Below, one piece after another: positions 13,208 to 24,401 of a stretch of 64,000 nucleotides of DNA. Numbering within the stretch: the first letter of the stretch is position 1; every line of letters starts with the position of its first letter. Where the stretch lies: assembly GCF_013315695.1 (NCBI RefSeq), contig NZ_CP054353.1. One strand, given 5' to 3'. The position numbers and the translations under genes are program-made. The stretch comes from Escherichia coli (GTDB lineage Bacteria; Pseudomonadota; Gammaproteobacteria; Enterobacterales; Enterobacteriaceae). Below the pieces are notes generated by a model that made no database searches, had not been told where the DNA came from, and saw only the letters and a program-made list of their open reading frames with translations.

Positions 13208-14109
13208 ATGCAGATAAAACGCTCGATTGAGAAAATCCCGGGGGGGATGATGCTCGTCCCGCTATTCCTTGGCGCACTGTGCCACACCTTCTCGCCGGAG
13301 GCGGGGAAATATTTTGGATCATTCACCAACGGGATGATTACCGGTACGGTGCCCATTCTGGCGGTGTGGTTTTTTTGCATGGGGGCGTCAATAAAATTAA
13401 GCGCGACGGGAACGGTATTGCGTAAATCCGGTACGCTGGTGGTAACAAAAATTGCCGTCGCGTGGGTGGTTGCGGCAATTGCCTCGCGCATTATTCCGGA
13501 ACATGGTGTTGAAGTTGGATTCTTTGCCGGACTTTCAACGCTGGCGCATTTGTGTTGATGTCATTGGAGTCCGGGCCGCTCATGACGATGATTATTCTGG
13601 GCACTGCCGGGATTGCCTCGTTTGAACCGCATGTTTTCGTCGGCGCAGTATTACCGTTCCTGGTGGGCTTTGCCCTTGGGAACCTTGACCCTGAATTACG
13701 AGAATTTTTCAGCAAAGCGGTGCAGACGCTGATTCCATTCTTTGCCTTCGCGCTGGGCAATACCATTGATTTGACTGTAATTGCCCAGACAGGTTTGCTG
13801 GGGATCCTGTTGGGTGTGGCAGTAATTATCGTGACCGGTATTCCGTTGATTATCGCCGATAAATTGATTGGCGGTGGCGATGGCACTGCCGGAATTGCCG
13901 CTTCCAGTTCCGCAGGGGCCGCGGTAGCGACACCTGTGCTGATTGCAGAAATGGTGCCTGCGTTTAAACCGATGGCTCCGGCAGCAACTTCGCTGGTCGC
14001 GACGGCGGTCATTGTGACTTCGATTCTGGTGCCAATTCTTACCTCTATCTGGTCACGTAAAGTCAAAGCCAGAGCGGCGAAAATCGAAATTTTAGGTACG
14101 GTGAAATAA
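13208..14109 (+). pseudogene. kdgT: 2-keto-3-deoxygluconate permease gene kdgT, disrupted by an internal deletion with frameshift
   Basis: Track splits it into 13166..13558 and 13552..14109 in different frames; first part begins [13 protein letters not shown], second resumes at [12 protein letters not shown]; the span encodes about 300 codons against 327 aa for K-12 KdgT as I remember it. Confidence 0.7.
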
Positions 14110-14257
14110 ACCTGCTTCCTTAATCCCCACAGCCGGATGAACTAACGTTCGTCCGGTTTGCTATTGAGCTCCTGCCTGGATACATACCGCGAAAACAGCA
14201 CGCCTGACATAAAATAAATATGGTCTAATGGGGAAATTTCTCGTGGAGAGGGAACAG

Positions 14258-14932
14258 ATGCGATATCCGGTTGATGTATACACAGGCAAGATTCAGGCTT
14301 ATCCCGAAGGCAAACCCAGCGCAATTGCCAAAATCCAGGTTGATGGTGAGTTGATGCTGACGGAGCTGGGGCTGGAAGGTGACGAGCAGGCGGAGAAAAT
14401 GGTTCACGGCGGGCCAGACAGAGCGCTGTGTCATTATCCTCGTGAGCACTATCTCTACTGGGCGCGGGAATTTCCGGAACAGGCGGAGTTGTTTGTTGCG
14501 CCTGCGTTTGGTGAAAATCTCTCAACCGACGGTCTGACGGAAAGTAATGTTTATATGGGCGATATTTTCCGCTGGGGAGAGGCATTAATTCAGGTCAGCC
14601 AGCCGCGCTCGCCTTGCTATAAACTCAATTACCATTTTGATATCAGCGACATAGCGCAGTTGATGCAAAACACGGGTAAAGTGGGGTGGTTGTATAGCGT
14701 AATTGCACCAGGGTTGGTATCTGCTGATGCGCCACTGGAGTTGGTTTCCCGTGTCAGTGATGTGACCGTGCAGGAGGCTGCCGCCATCGCATGGCATATG
14801 CCGTTTGATGACGATCAGTATCACCGTTTACTCTCCGCCGCCGGGTTATCGAAAAGCTGGACGCGGACGATGCAAAAGCGCCGACTGAGCGGCAAGATCG
14901 AAGATTTTTCCCGCCGGTTGTGGGGAAAATAA
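14258..14932 (+). CDS. yiiM: MOSC-domain protein YiiM
   Basis: ORF 14228..14932; start at MRYPVDVYTGKIQAYPEGKP for 224 aa. Confidence 0.88.
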   Translation: MRYPVDVYTGKIQAYPEGKPSAIAKIQVDGELMLTELGLEGDEQAEKMVHGGPDRALCHYPREHYLYWAREFPEQAELFVAPAFGENLSTDGLTESNVYMGDIFRWGEALIQVSQPRSPCYKLNYHFDISDIAQLMQNTGKVGWLYSVIAPGLVSADAPLELVSRVSDVTVQEAAAIAWHMPFDDDQYHRLLSAAGLSKSWTRTMQKRRLSGKIEDFSRRLWGK

Positions 14933-14942
14933 CCCCCGGAGT

Positions 14943-15026
14943 GTAGGCCTGATAAGACGCTATCGGCGTCGCATCAGGCATCCTGCTCAAATGCCGGATG
15001 CGGCGTAAACGCCTTATCCTGCCTAC
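14943..15026. repeat. BIME: two inverted REP palindromic units
   Basis: gtaggcctgataagacgc...gcatcaggc and gccggatgcggcgtaaacgccttatcctgcctac between yiiM and cpxA. Confidence 0.7.
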
Positions 15027-15036
15027 AATGCGGAGT

Positions 15037-16410
15037 TTAACTCCGCTTATACAGCGGCAACCAAATCACCAGCCGTAAACCGCCCAGCGGGCTGTCTTCC
15101 GCCTTCACCCAACCACGGTGCTGCTGAATGGCGGTTTCAACAATCGCCAGCCCCAAACCTGTACCGCCAGATTCACGATCGCGCGCTTCATCGGTACGAT
15201 AGAACGGGCGGAAAATCTGTTCGCGATCTTCCGGGCTAACGCCAGGACCATCGTCATCCACCGTAATGGTGATACCGTCTTTATCTACCGCGAAGCCTAC
15301 TTCAATCTTCGTATGGGAATAACGCAGGGCATTACGAACAATGTTTTCCAGCGCACTTTCCAGGGCGTTCGGGTTGCCGTACAGCGGCCACGGCCCAGGC
15401 GGGAAGTTAACTGTCAACGACTTGCCCATTTGCTCGGCTTCGAACGCCGCGTTATCCAGCACTTCACTCCACAACTGATTGGCTTTGATGGTCTCGCTAA
15501 CCAGCGCGTTTTTCTGCTGATTACGTGACATCACCAACAGGTCGTTAATCATGCTGTCCAGACGTTGCGCTTCGGTTTCAATACGCTCCAGTTCCTTGCT
15601 TTCACCGCTACGACGGCGCAGTAACGCCGTACCCAGTTGTAGACGCGTCAGCGGGGTGCGCAGCTCGTGAGAGATATCAGAAAGCAGACGCTGCTGAGAG
15701 GTCATCATGCGCTCCAGCGCGGTGACCATCTGGTTAAAACTGGCACCAGCGGCAAGGAATTCCTGTGGCCCCGCTTCCAGTTCCGGGTGCTGGCGTAAGT
15801 TTCCCTGGGCAACTTCATCGGCAGCGTTTTTCAGCTTACGCGCCGGTTTTGCCAGACTCCAGGCCAACCACAACAGCAGCGGCGTACTGACCAACATGGT
15901 GACAATCAGCAGTAATAGCGGGCGGTCAAACAGTAAGTTAATGAAATCGGATTGAGAACTGCTGGCCGGACGAATCAGATAAAGTTGGTAATTATCTTCG
16001 CCATCACGCACGGAGAACGGACCGACCAGTTCCACGCGGCCATACTTTTTCTTCTGCGGATGATCGGCGTTATCGGCCTGACCAATAAAGTTACGAATGA
16101 TCTGCATTTCGCTGCGTTCAGCGCCGATCACGCGGCCTTCGGTGGTCACCAATAACAAACGCTGTCCTGGCGGTGCCCACTTATCAATCGCCCGGAACAG
16201 ACGCCGCCACCACATTAAATCATTGGGCGGATCGTTCGCCAGCTCCGCTTCGACATGCTGCTCAATCATCAGACCCTGACGCTGTTCGCTATCCAGAAGC
16301 TCGGTCATCTGGCGTGAATCGAGCTTGGGTAACATCAAAACCAACATCAACACCAGCGCCAGCGTCAGCCAGAAGATGGCGAAGATGCGCGCGGTTAAGC
16401 TGCCTATCAT
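15037..16410 (-). CDS. cpxA: Envelope-stress sensor histidine kinase CpxA
   Basis: 457-aa ORF; two TM segments, HAMP and HisKA (SHELRTPLTRL) / HATPase_c domains. Confidence 0.95.
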   Translation of the reverse strand: MIGSLTARIFAIFWLTLALVLMLVLMLPKLDSRQMTELLDSEQRQGLMIEQHVEAELANDPPNDLMWWRRLFRAIDKWAPPGQRLLLVTTEGRVIGAERSEMQIIRNFIGQADNADHPQKKKYGRVELVGPFSVRDGEDNYQLYLIRPASSSQSDFINLLFDRPLLLLIVTMLVSTPLLLWLAWSLAKPARKLKNAADEVAQGNLRQHPELEAGPQEFLAAGASFNQMVTALERMMTSQQRLLSDISHELRTPLTRLQLGTALLRRRSGESKELERIETEAQRLDSMINDLLVMSRNQQKNALVSETIKANQLWSEVLDNAAFEAEQMGKSLTVNFPPGPWPLYGNPNALESALENIVRNALRYSHTKIEVGFAVDKDGITITVDDDGPGVSPEDREQIFRPFYRTDEARDRESGGTGLGLAIVETAIQQHRGWVKAEDSPLGGLRLVIWLPLYKRS

Positions 16411-17105
16411 GAAGCAGAAACCATCAGATAGCCGCGACCACGCAAGGTTTTAAACCACGGGTGACCATCTTTACGATCCGGCAGTTTACGACGCAGGTTG
16501 GAAATGTGCATATCAATAGCGCGGTCGAAAGGCGTCAGGCGTTTGCCCAGCACTTCCTGGCTTAAATGCTCACGGGAAACCACCTGACCCAGATGCTGTG
16601 CCAGCAAATAGAGCAGGGTAAACTCAGTGCCGGTTAACTCCAGCGTTTGCCCGTCGAAGCTGGCTTCCTGACGGCCTGGATTCAGCACTAAGGCATCAAC
16701 TTCCAGTGTCGGTGAACCGTTGTCGTTGTTTTGCTGTTGCTCGCTCCAGTGCGAACGGCGCAGGATCGCGCGAATACGTGCCACCAGCTCACGATCATTA
16801 AACGGTTTCGGGAGATAGTCATCTGCGCCCAGCTCAAGGCCGAGAACGCGATCAAGTTCACTGCCGCGCGCCGTCAACATAATGACAGGCGTCTGGTGTG
16901 TCTGGCGAAGTGCTTTTAATGTGTCGATACCATTTTTCTTCGGCATCATTACATCAAGCAAAAGTAAATCAATGCTGTCGTCCAGAAGATCAAGCGCCTG
17001 TTCCCCATCGTGGGCAACAATCACGTTGAAGCCTTCCATCTCGAGCAGCTCCTTTAATAGGGAAGTCAGCTCTCGGTCATCATCAACTAACAGGATTTTA
17101 TTCAT
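16407..17105 (-). CDS. cpxR: Response regulator CpxR (OmpR family)
   Basis: 232-aa ORF MNKILLVDDDRELTSLLKELLEMEGF...; overlaps cpxA by 4 nt. Confidence 0.96.
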   Translation of the reverse strand: MNKILLVDDDRELTSLLKELLEMEGFNVIVAHDGEQALDLLDDSIDLLLLDVMMPKKNGIDTLKALRQTHQTPVIMLTARGSELDRVLGLELGADDYLPKPFNDRELVARIRAILRRSHWSEQQQNNDNGSPTLEVDALVLNPGRQEASFDGQTLELTGTEFTLLYLLAQHLGQVVSREHLSQEVLGKRLTPFDRAIDMHISNLRRKLPDRKDGHPWFKTLRGRGYLMVSAS

Positions 17106-17160
17106 TGTTTAAATACCTCCGAGGCAGAAATTACGTCATCAGACGTCGCTAATCCATGAC

Positions 17161-17175
17161 TTTACGTTGTTTTAC
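17161..17175 (-). promoter_or_regulatory. CpxR box (GTAAA-N5-GTAAA) in the cpxR/cpxP divergent region
   Basis: Reverse complement of tttacgttgttttac is gtaaaacaacgtaaa. Confidence 0.65.
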
Positions 17176-17254
17176 ACCCCCTGACGCATGTTTGCAGCCT
17201 GAATCGTAAACTCTCTATCGTTGAATCGCGACAGAAAGATTTTGGGAGCAAATG

Positions 17255-17755
17255 ATGCGCATAGTTACCGCTGCCGTCATGGCCTCAACGCTGGCAGTCA
17301 GTTCATTAAGCCACGCTGCTGAAGTCGGTTCAGGCGATAACTGGCATCCGGGTGAAGAACTTACGCAGCGCAGTACGCAGAGCCATATGTTCGACGGCAT
17401 AAGTTTAACCGAACATCAGCGTCAGCAGATGCGAGATCTTATGCAACAGGCCCGGCACGAACAGCCTCCTGTTAATGTTAGCGAACTGGAGACAATGCAT
17501 CGCCTTGTCACCGCAGAAAATTTTGATGAAAACGCTGTGCGCGCACAGGCAGAAAAAATGGCGAATGAGCAAATTGCTCGTCAGGTTGAGATGGCAAAAG
17601 TCCGCAACCAAATGTATCGCCTGTTAACGCCGGAGCAGCAAGCGGTTTTAAACGAGAAACATCAACAACGAATGGAGCAGTTGCGCGACGTGACGCAATG
17701 GCAAAAAAGTTCATCGTTGAAGCTATTGAGTAGTAGCAACTCACGTTCCCAGTAG
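17255..17755 (+). CDS. cpxP: Periplasmic envelope-stress adaptor CpxP
   Basis: ORF 17252..17755; start at second Met ([21 protein letters not shown], signal peptide) for 166 aa. Confidence 0.93.
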
Positions 17756-17764
17756 TAAACCCTG

Positions 17765-17822
17765 TTTTCCTTGCCATAGACACCATCCCTGTCTTCCCCC
17801 ACATGATGTGGGGGTTTTTTTT
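17765..17822 (+). ncRNA. cpxQ: CpxQ sRNA region (processed cpxP 3' UTR) ending at the cpxP terminator
   Basis: About 58 nt after the cpxP stop, ending in hairpin cccccacatgatgtggggg plus T8; identified by position and remembered sequence, boundaries approximate. Confidence 0.5.
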
Positions 17823-17903
17823 ATCCTCAATTTGCCTGCTGCTTAATGCATTGCAGATGATTTGCTTCCGTTATACTACCGTCAGTTGATAGCGGGAGTA
17901 TTT

Positions 17904-18806
17904 ATGAATCAATCTTATGGACGGCTGGTCAGTCGGGCGGCGATTGCTGCGACGGCGATGGCTTCGCTGCTATTGCTGATTAAAATTTTTGCATGGTGGT
18001 ATACCGGGTCGGTGAGTATTCTCGCCGCGCTGGTGGATTCGCTGGTGGATATCGGCGCGTCGTTGACGAATTTATTGGTGGTGCGATATTCCCTGCAACC
18101 TGCCGACGATAATCACTCGTTTGGTCACGGTAAAGCTGAGTCCCTCGCGGCGCTGGCGCAAAGTATGTTTATCTCCGGTTCGGCACTATTCCTGTTTTTG
18201 ACAGGTATTCAACATCTGGTATCTCCAACGCCGATGACAGATCCAGGCGTCGGGGTTATCGTGACAATTGTGGCGCTAATTTGTACGATTATCCTTGTCT
18301 CGTTTCAGCGTTGGGTGGTGCGCCGGACGCAAAGCCAGGCGGTGCGGGCTGATATGCTACATTACCAGTCTGATGTTATGATGAACGGCGCAATTCTGCT
18401 GGCGCTGGGGTTGTCCTGGTACGGCTGGCATCGCGCCGATGCTCTGTTTGCATTGGGAATCGGCATCTATATTTTATATAGCGCGTTACGCATGGGATAT
18501 GAGGCGGTACAGTCATTACTGGATCGCGCATTACCTGATGAGGAACGGCAAGAAATTATTGATATCGTGACTTCCTGGCCGGGTGTTAGCGGCGCTCACG
18601 ATCTTCGCACGCGGCAGTCAGGGCCGACCCGCTTTATTCAGATTCATTTGGAAATGGAAGACTCTCTGCCTTTGGTTCAGGCACATATGGTGGCGGATCA
18701 GGTAGAGCAGGCTATTTTACGGCGTTTTCCGGGATCGGATGTGATTATCCATCAGGATCCCTGTTCCGTCGTACCCAGGGAGGGTAAACGGTCTATGCTT
18801 TCATAA
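17904..18806 (+). CDS. fieF: Cation-diffusion-facilitator Fe/Zn efflux transporter FieF
   Basis: ORF 17862..18806; start at [25 protein letters not shown] for 300 aa. Confidence 0.92.
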   Translation: MNQSYGRLVSRAAIAATAMASLLLLIKIFAWWYTGSVSILAALVDSLVDIGASLTNLLVVRYSLQPADDNHSFGHGKAESLAALAQSMFISGSALFLFLTGIQHLVSPTPMTDPGVGVIVTIVALICTIILVSFQRWVVRRTQSQAVRADMLHYQSDVMMNGAILLALGLSWYGWHRADALFALGIGIYILYSALRMGYEAVQSLLDRALPDEERQEIIDIVTSWPGVSGAHDLRTRQSGPTRFIQIHLEMEDSLPLVQAHMVADQVEQAILRRFPGSDVIIHQDPCSVVPREGKRSMLS

Positions 18807-18986
18807 TCAGTATAAAAGAGAGCCAGACCCGCATTTTGTGTATAAAATACCGCCATTTGGCCTGACCTGAATCAATTCAGCAGGAAGTGATTGTTATACT
18901 ATTTGCACATTCGTTGGATCACTTCGATGTGCAAGAAGACTTCCGGCAACAGATTTCATTTTGCATTCCAAAGTTCAGAGGTAGTC

Positions 18987-19949
18987 ATGATTAAGAAAAT
19001 CGGTGTGTTGACAAGCGGCGGTGATGCGCCAGGCATGAACGCCGCAATTCGCGGGGTTGTTCGTTCTGCGCTGACAGAAGGTCTGGAAGTAATGGGCATT
19101 TATGACGGCTATCTGGGTCTGTATGAAGACCGTATGGTACAGCTAGACCGTTACAGCGTTTCTGACATGATCAACCGTGGCGGTACGTTCCTCGGTTCTG
19201 CGCGTTTCCCGGAATTCCGCGACGAGAACATCCGCGCCGTGGCTATCGAAAACCTGAAAAAACGTGGTATCGACGCGCTGGTGGTTATCGGCGGTGACGG
19301 TTCCTACATGGGTGCAATGCGTCTGACCGAAATGGGCTTCCCGTGCATCGGTCTGCCTGGCACTATCGACAACGACATCAAAGGCACTGACTACACTATC
19401 GGTTTCTTCACTGCGCTGAGCACCGTTGTAGAAGCGATCGACCGTCTGCGTGACACCTCTTCTTCTCACCAGCGTATTTCCGTGGTGGAAGTGATGGGTC
19501 GTTATTGTGGCGATCTGACCCTGGCTGCGGCCATTGCCGGTGGCTGTGAATTCGTTGTAGTTCCGGAAGTTGAATTCAGCCGTGAAGACCTGGTAAACGA
19601 AATCAAAGCGGGTATCGCGAAAGGTAAAAAACACGCGATCGTGGCGATTACCGAACATATGTGTGATGTTGACGAACTGGCGCATTTCATCGAGAAAGAA
19701 ACCGGTCGTGAAACCCGCGCAACTGTGCTGGGCCACATCCAGCGCGGTGGTTCTCCGGTGCCTTACGACCGTATTCTGGCTTCCCGTATGGGCGCTTACG
19801 CTATCGATCTGCTGCTGGCAGGCTACGGCGGTCGTTGCGTAGGTATCCAGAACGAACAGCTGGTTCACCACGACATCATCGACGCTATCGAAAACATGAA
19901 GCGTCCGTTCAAAGGCGACTGGCTGGACTGCGCGAAAAAACTGTATTAA
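18987..19949 (+). CDS. pfkA: 6-phosphofructokinase I
   Basis: ORF 18891..19949; start at [25 protein letters not shown] for 320 aa. Confidence 0.96.
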
Positions 19950-20005
19950 TGATTTCGGAAAAAGGCAGATTCCTTTAGCCTGAAACCGATGACAGAAGCA
20001 AAAAT

Positions 20006-20105
20006 GCCTGATGCGCTTCGCTTATCAGGCCTACATGAATTCTGCAATTTATTGAATTTGCAAACTTTTGTAGGCCGGATAAGGCGTTCGCGCCGCATCC
20101 GGCAT
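20006..20105. repeat. BIME/REP cluster downstream of pfkA
   Basis: gcctgatgcgcttcgcttatcaggcctac and gtaggccggataaggcgttcgcgccgcatccggcat; the track ORF 19989..20186 lies across it. Confidence 0.7.
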
Positions 20106-20268
20106 GGACAAAGCGCACTTTGTCAGCAATATGAGGCGGATTTCTTCCGCCTTTTTAATCCCTCAACATATACCCGCAAGTTATAGCCAATCTTTTTTTA
20201 TTCTTTAATGTTTGGTTAACCTTCTGGCACGCTTTGCTCATCACAACACAACATAAGAGAGTCGGGCG

Positions 20269-21258
20269 ATGAACAAGTGGGGCGTAGGGTTAACATTTTT
20301 GCTGGCGGCAACCAGCGTTATGGCAAAGGATATTCAGCTTCTTAACGTTTCATATGATCCAACGCGCGAATTGTACGAACAGTACAACAAGGCATTCAGC
20401 GCCCACTGGAAACAGCAAACTGGCGATAACGTGGTGATTCGTCAGTCACACGGTGGTTCAGGCAAACAAGCGACGTCGGTAATCAATGGTATTGAAGCTG
20501 ATGTTGTCACTCTGGCTCTGGCCTATGACGTGGACGCAATTGCGGAACGCGGGCGGATTGATAAAGAGTGGATCAAACGTCTGCCGGATAACTCCGCACC
20601 GTACACTTCCACCATTGTTTTCCTGGTGCGTAAGGGCAATCCGAAGCAGATCCATGACTGGAACGATCTGATTAAACCGGGTGTTTCGGTGATCACGCCT
20701 AATCCGAAAAGCTCTGGTGGCGCGCGCTGGAACTACCTGGCTGCCTGGGGCTACGCGCTGCATCACAACAACAACGATCAGGCAAAAGCACAGGATTTTG
20801 TTCGGGCACTGTATAAAAACGTCGAAGTTCTGGATTCTGGCGCGCGCGGCTCCACTAACACTTTTGTCGAGCGCGGAATTGGCGATGTACTGATCGCCTG
20901 GGAAAACGAAGCTCTGCTGGCAGCGAATGAACTGGGGAAAGATAAATTCGAAATCGTCACGCCGAGTGAGTCTATCCTCGCAGAGCCAACCGTGTCGGTG
21001 GTCGATAAAGTGGTCGAGAAAAAAGGCACCAAAGAGGTGGCGGAAGCCTACCTGAAATATCTCTACTCGCCAGAAGGTCAGGAAATTGCCGCGAAAAACT
21101 ACTACCGTCCGCGCGATGCTGAGGTGGCGAAAAAGTACGAAAATGCGTTTCCAAAGCTGAAGTTATTCACCATTGATGAAGAGTTCGGCGGCTGGACGAA
21201 AGCGCAAAAAGAGCATTTTGCTAACGGCGGTACGTTCGATCAGATCAGCAAACGCTGA
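20269..21258 (+). CDS. sbp: Periplasmic sulfate-binding protein
   Basis: 329-aa ORF with signal peptide [19 protein letters not shown]. Confidence 0.94.
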
Positions 21259-21364
21259 TTTCTCCAGGATAATTATCAAACCCGGTGGTTTCTCGCGACC
21301 GGGTTTTTTATTTGTCACGATTTTGCGTTACCCTTGCATCTCTTTGAGGTACAGGGAAAAAAAG

Positions 21365-22120
21365 ATGAAAAAAGCGGGTCTTCTTTTTTTGGTGATGATA
21401 GTTATCGCCGTTGTGGCTGCCGGTATTGGTTACTGGAAATTAACCGGTGAAGAGTCGGATACATTACGTAAGATTGTCCTTGAGGAATGTTTGCCCAATC
21501 AGCAGCAAAATCAAAATCCTTCGCCATGTGCGGAAGTCAAACCCAACGCCGGATACGTGGTTTTAAAAGATCTTAATGGCCCACTGCAATATCTGTTGAT
21601 GCCAACGTATCGTATTAACGGTACTGAAAGTCCTTTGTTGACCGATCCTTCAACGCCGAACTTCTTTTGGTTGGCCTGGCAGGCGCGTGATTTTATGAGC
21701 AAAAAATACGGCCAGCCGGTTCCCGATCGCGCGGTTTCTTTGGCGATCAACTCTCGCACCGGGCGTACGCAAAACCATTTTCATATTCATATTTCTTGTA
21801 TTCGTCCTGATGTGCGCGAACAGCTGGATAACAATCTGGCGAACATCAGTAGCCGCTGGTTGCCACTGCCAGGTGGTTTGCGTGGGCATGAGTACCTGGC
21901 GCGTCGGGTAACGGAAAGCGAACTGGTACAACGCAGCCCATTTATGATGCTTGCAGAAGAAGTGCCTGAGGCGCGGGAACATATGGGAAGCTACGGGCTG
22001 GCAATGGTACGGCAGAGTGATAACTCATTTGTATTGCTGGCGACACAACGAAATCTACTGACGCTGAACCGTGCTTCAGCCGAGGAAATCCAGGATCATC
22101 AGTGTGAGATTTTGCGTTAA
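21365..22120 (+). CDS. cdh: CDP-diacylglycerol pyrophosphatase
   Basis: ORF 21173..22120; start at [26 protein letters not shown] for 251 aa. Confidence 0.92.
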   Translation: MKKAGLLFLVMIVIAVVAAGIGYWKLTGEESDTLRKIVLEECLPNQQQNQNPSPCAEVKPNAGYVVLKDLNGPLQYLLMPTYRINGTESPLLTDPSTPNFFWLAWQARDFMSKKYGQPVPDRAVSLAINSRTGRTQNHFHIHISCIRPDVREQLDNNLANISSRWLPLPGGLRGHEYLARRVTESELVQRSPFMMLAEEVPEAREHMGSYGLAMVRQSDNSFVLLATQRNLLTLNRASAEEIQDHQCEILR

Positions 22121-22142
22121 GGCGAGGAGTTAAGGAAAGTAA

Positions 22143-22165
22143 GTGCCGGATATGAAATCCGGCAC
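22143..22165. terminator. Hairpin between convergent cdh and tpiA (possible bidirectional terminator)
   Basis: gtgccggatatgaaatccggcac perfect inverted repeat; T-tract weak. Confidence 0.4.
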
Positions 22166-22174
22166 CTGTCAGAC

Positions 22175-22942
22175 TTAAGCCTGTTTAGCCGCTTCTGCAG
22201 CTTTAACGATCACTGCGAAAGCGTCAGCTTTCAGAGAAGCACCGCCAACCAGCGCGCCGTCGATGTCTGGCTGAGCAAACAGTTCTGCAGCGTTAGACGC
22301 GTTTACAGAGCCGCCGTACTGGATGATCACTTGTTCAGCGATGTTAGCGTCAACTTTAGCGATGTGGTCACGGATGAATTTGTGAACAGCCTGTGCCTGA
22401 GCCGGAGTTGCAGATTTGCCAGTACCGATTGCCCATACAGGTTCGTAAGCGATAACCGCACCTTCGAATGCCGCAGCCCCCTGAGTTTTCAGTACCGCGT
22501 CGATCTGACGTGCACAAACTTCTTCAGTTTTGCCCGCTTCGTTTTCCGCTTCGGTTTCACCGATGCACAGAACCGGAGTCAGTCCCTGCTCTTTCAGCAC
22601 CGCGAATTTTTTCGCGATCAGTTCGTCAGACTCTTTGTGGTAAGTACGACGTTCAGAGTGGCCGATGATGATGTACTGTGCGCCGATGTCTTTCAGCATA
22701 GCAGCAGAGGTTTCACCGGTGAATGCGCCGGACAGGTTCAGGTCCACGTTTTGCGCACCCAGCATGATGTGGCTGCCTTCAGCTTCGCGCTTCGCCATAT
22801 CGATGTACATTTCCGGTGGTGCGATTGCAACCGCACAGCCAGCAACACCTGCCAGCTCTTTACGCAGGTTAGAAACCAGCTCGTGAACCATGTGGCGGCT
22901 GCCGTTCAGTTTCCAGTTACCCATCACTAAAGGATGTCGCAT
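22175..22942 (-). CDS. tpiA: Triosephosphate isomerase
   Basis: 255-aa [35 protein letters not shown]... Confidence 0.96.
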
Positions 22943-23049
22943 TTTAATTCTCCACGCTTATAAGCGAATAAAGGAAGATGGCCGCCCCGCAGGGCAGCAG
23001 GTCTGTGAAACAGTATAGAGATTCATCGGCACAAAGGCTTTGCTTTTTG

Positions 23050-23649
23050 TCATTTATTCAAACCTTCAAGCGATTCAGATAGCGCCAGCTTAATCGGTTC
23101 AACAGCGAAGGTCAGCCCCTTTTCGCCGTTGTCCGCGACAACATAACGCAGTGCACCTTCTGTCTCGGTGTAATAACGTTTGTTTTTCCCCGCCGTTAGT
23201 AGCGACTGCAGTTTTTTCTGGCTTTGTGTTTTGGTCATTAATGGGGTGAGTGTGCGGATCACCGCTGCCATGTATTCCTGAGCTTTCGCTTTCGCGGCTT
23301 TTTGCTCTGGCCCCTGGATGGGTAGCCAGGTCATTTGAATGCTTTTGATTTTTAAGGTACCGCGCTCCAGCGCTGTAGAAGCATACAAGTTCTCGTTAAT
23401 TTTACTGGCAGCACGAGTGAGATTGGCTTTGTCGGGACTGCTGTCGATGGCACGAAATTCGTTCAGTGGCAGGCTGGGATTCTGGCTGTTAAAGTCTTCT
23501 CGAAACTGGCTGATGGAGAGATCGAAAGTAGGGGCTCCAGCCAGCAGATAAGGCGCGGTCGTTGCCGTATCTGGTGTTTGTGCATGCGCCGTTGTTGTAA
23601 CGGTTAATGCAGAATATAAGAGAAAAAACAGCGTACACCCTGGCTTCAT
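23050..23649 (-). CDS. yiiQ: Periplasmic DUF1454-family protein YiiQ
   Basis: 199-aa ORF with signal peptide MKPGCTLFFLLYSALTVTTTAHA; K-12 synteny. Confidence 0.85.
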   Translation of the reverse strand: MKPGCTLFFLLYSALTVTTTAHAQTPDTATTAPYLLAGAPTFDLSISQFREDFNSQNPSLPLNEFRAIDSSPDKANLTRAASKINENLYASTALERGTLKIKSIQMTWLPIQGPEQKAAKAKAQEYMAAVIRTLTPLMTKTQSQKKLQSLLTAGKNKRYYTETEGALRYVVADNGEKGLTFAVEPIKLALSESLEGLNK

Positions 23650-23749
23650 TGACAGTACCTTTTGTTATGACTGGCTCCGATTAAAACGATATCTGTCGCC
23701 CTTGTCAAAAGGGTAGAATCCTGGAAAAGACAACCATCAAGGAACTTAC

Positions 23750-24190
23750 ATGACCATACAGCAATGGTTATTCTCATTTAAAGGGCGTATTGGACGCCGT
23801 GATTTCTGGATTTGGATAGGCCTGTGGTTCGCAGGCATGCTGGTGCTTTTCTCACTGGCGGGTAAAAATTTACTCGATATTCAGACCGCGGCGTTTTGCC
23901 TTGTGTGCTTGCTTTGGCCAACAGCGGCAGTAACCGTTAAGCGCTTGCATGATCGCGGGCGTTCCGGCGCATGGGCATTTCTGATGATTGTGGCGTGGAT
24001 GCTGCTGGCGGGTAACTGGGCGATTTTACCGGGTGTCTGGCAATGGGCGGTGGGGCGTTTTGTCCCGACATTGATTCTGGTGATGATGCTTATCGATCTT
24101 GGTGCGTTTGTTGGCACACAAGGCGAAAATAAATATGGTAAAGATACCCAGGATGTGAAGTATAAAGCCGACAATAAATCAAGTAATTAA
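23750..24190 (+). CDS. yiiR: DUF805-family inner-membrane protein YiiR
   Basis: 146-aa ORF, hydrophobic (MTIQQWLFSFKGRIGRRDFWIWIGLWFAGM...). Confidence 0.85.
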   Translation: MTIQQWLFSFKGRIGRRDFWIWIGLWFAGMLVLFSLAGKNLLDIQTAAFCLVCLLWPTAAVTVKRLHDRGRSGAWAFLMIVAWMLLAGNWAILPGVWQWAVGRFVPTLILVMMLIDLGAFVGTQGENKYGKDTQDVKYKADNKSSN

Positions 24191-24401
24191 CCTTTAATAT
24201 ATCTCTTACTGCTATTTTTTTCCGGGATTGTTATTTCCACGATGCAAGTGACAATGCCCGGAAAATCCTTCTGAACTCTTCACCTTAAGCAATATCAAAA
24301 AAAATGGTAATCCATAAGATCATTACTTGTTTGTTCTTCCTTTAACGGCGCATTATTCTTAAGTCGTAATCGACAGAGAGGCGAATATACAGAGGTGCCC
24401 T

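Noticed and set aside
19143-19871. 242-aa minus-strand ORF antisense to pfkA
   Set aside because: Lies entirely within the well-supported pfkA frame; no start context; typical antisense artefact
19989-20186. 65-aa ORF after pfkA
   Set aside because: Spans the BIME/REP cluster; a repeat artefact
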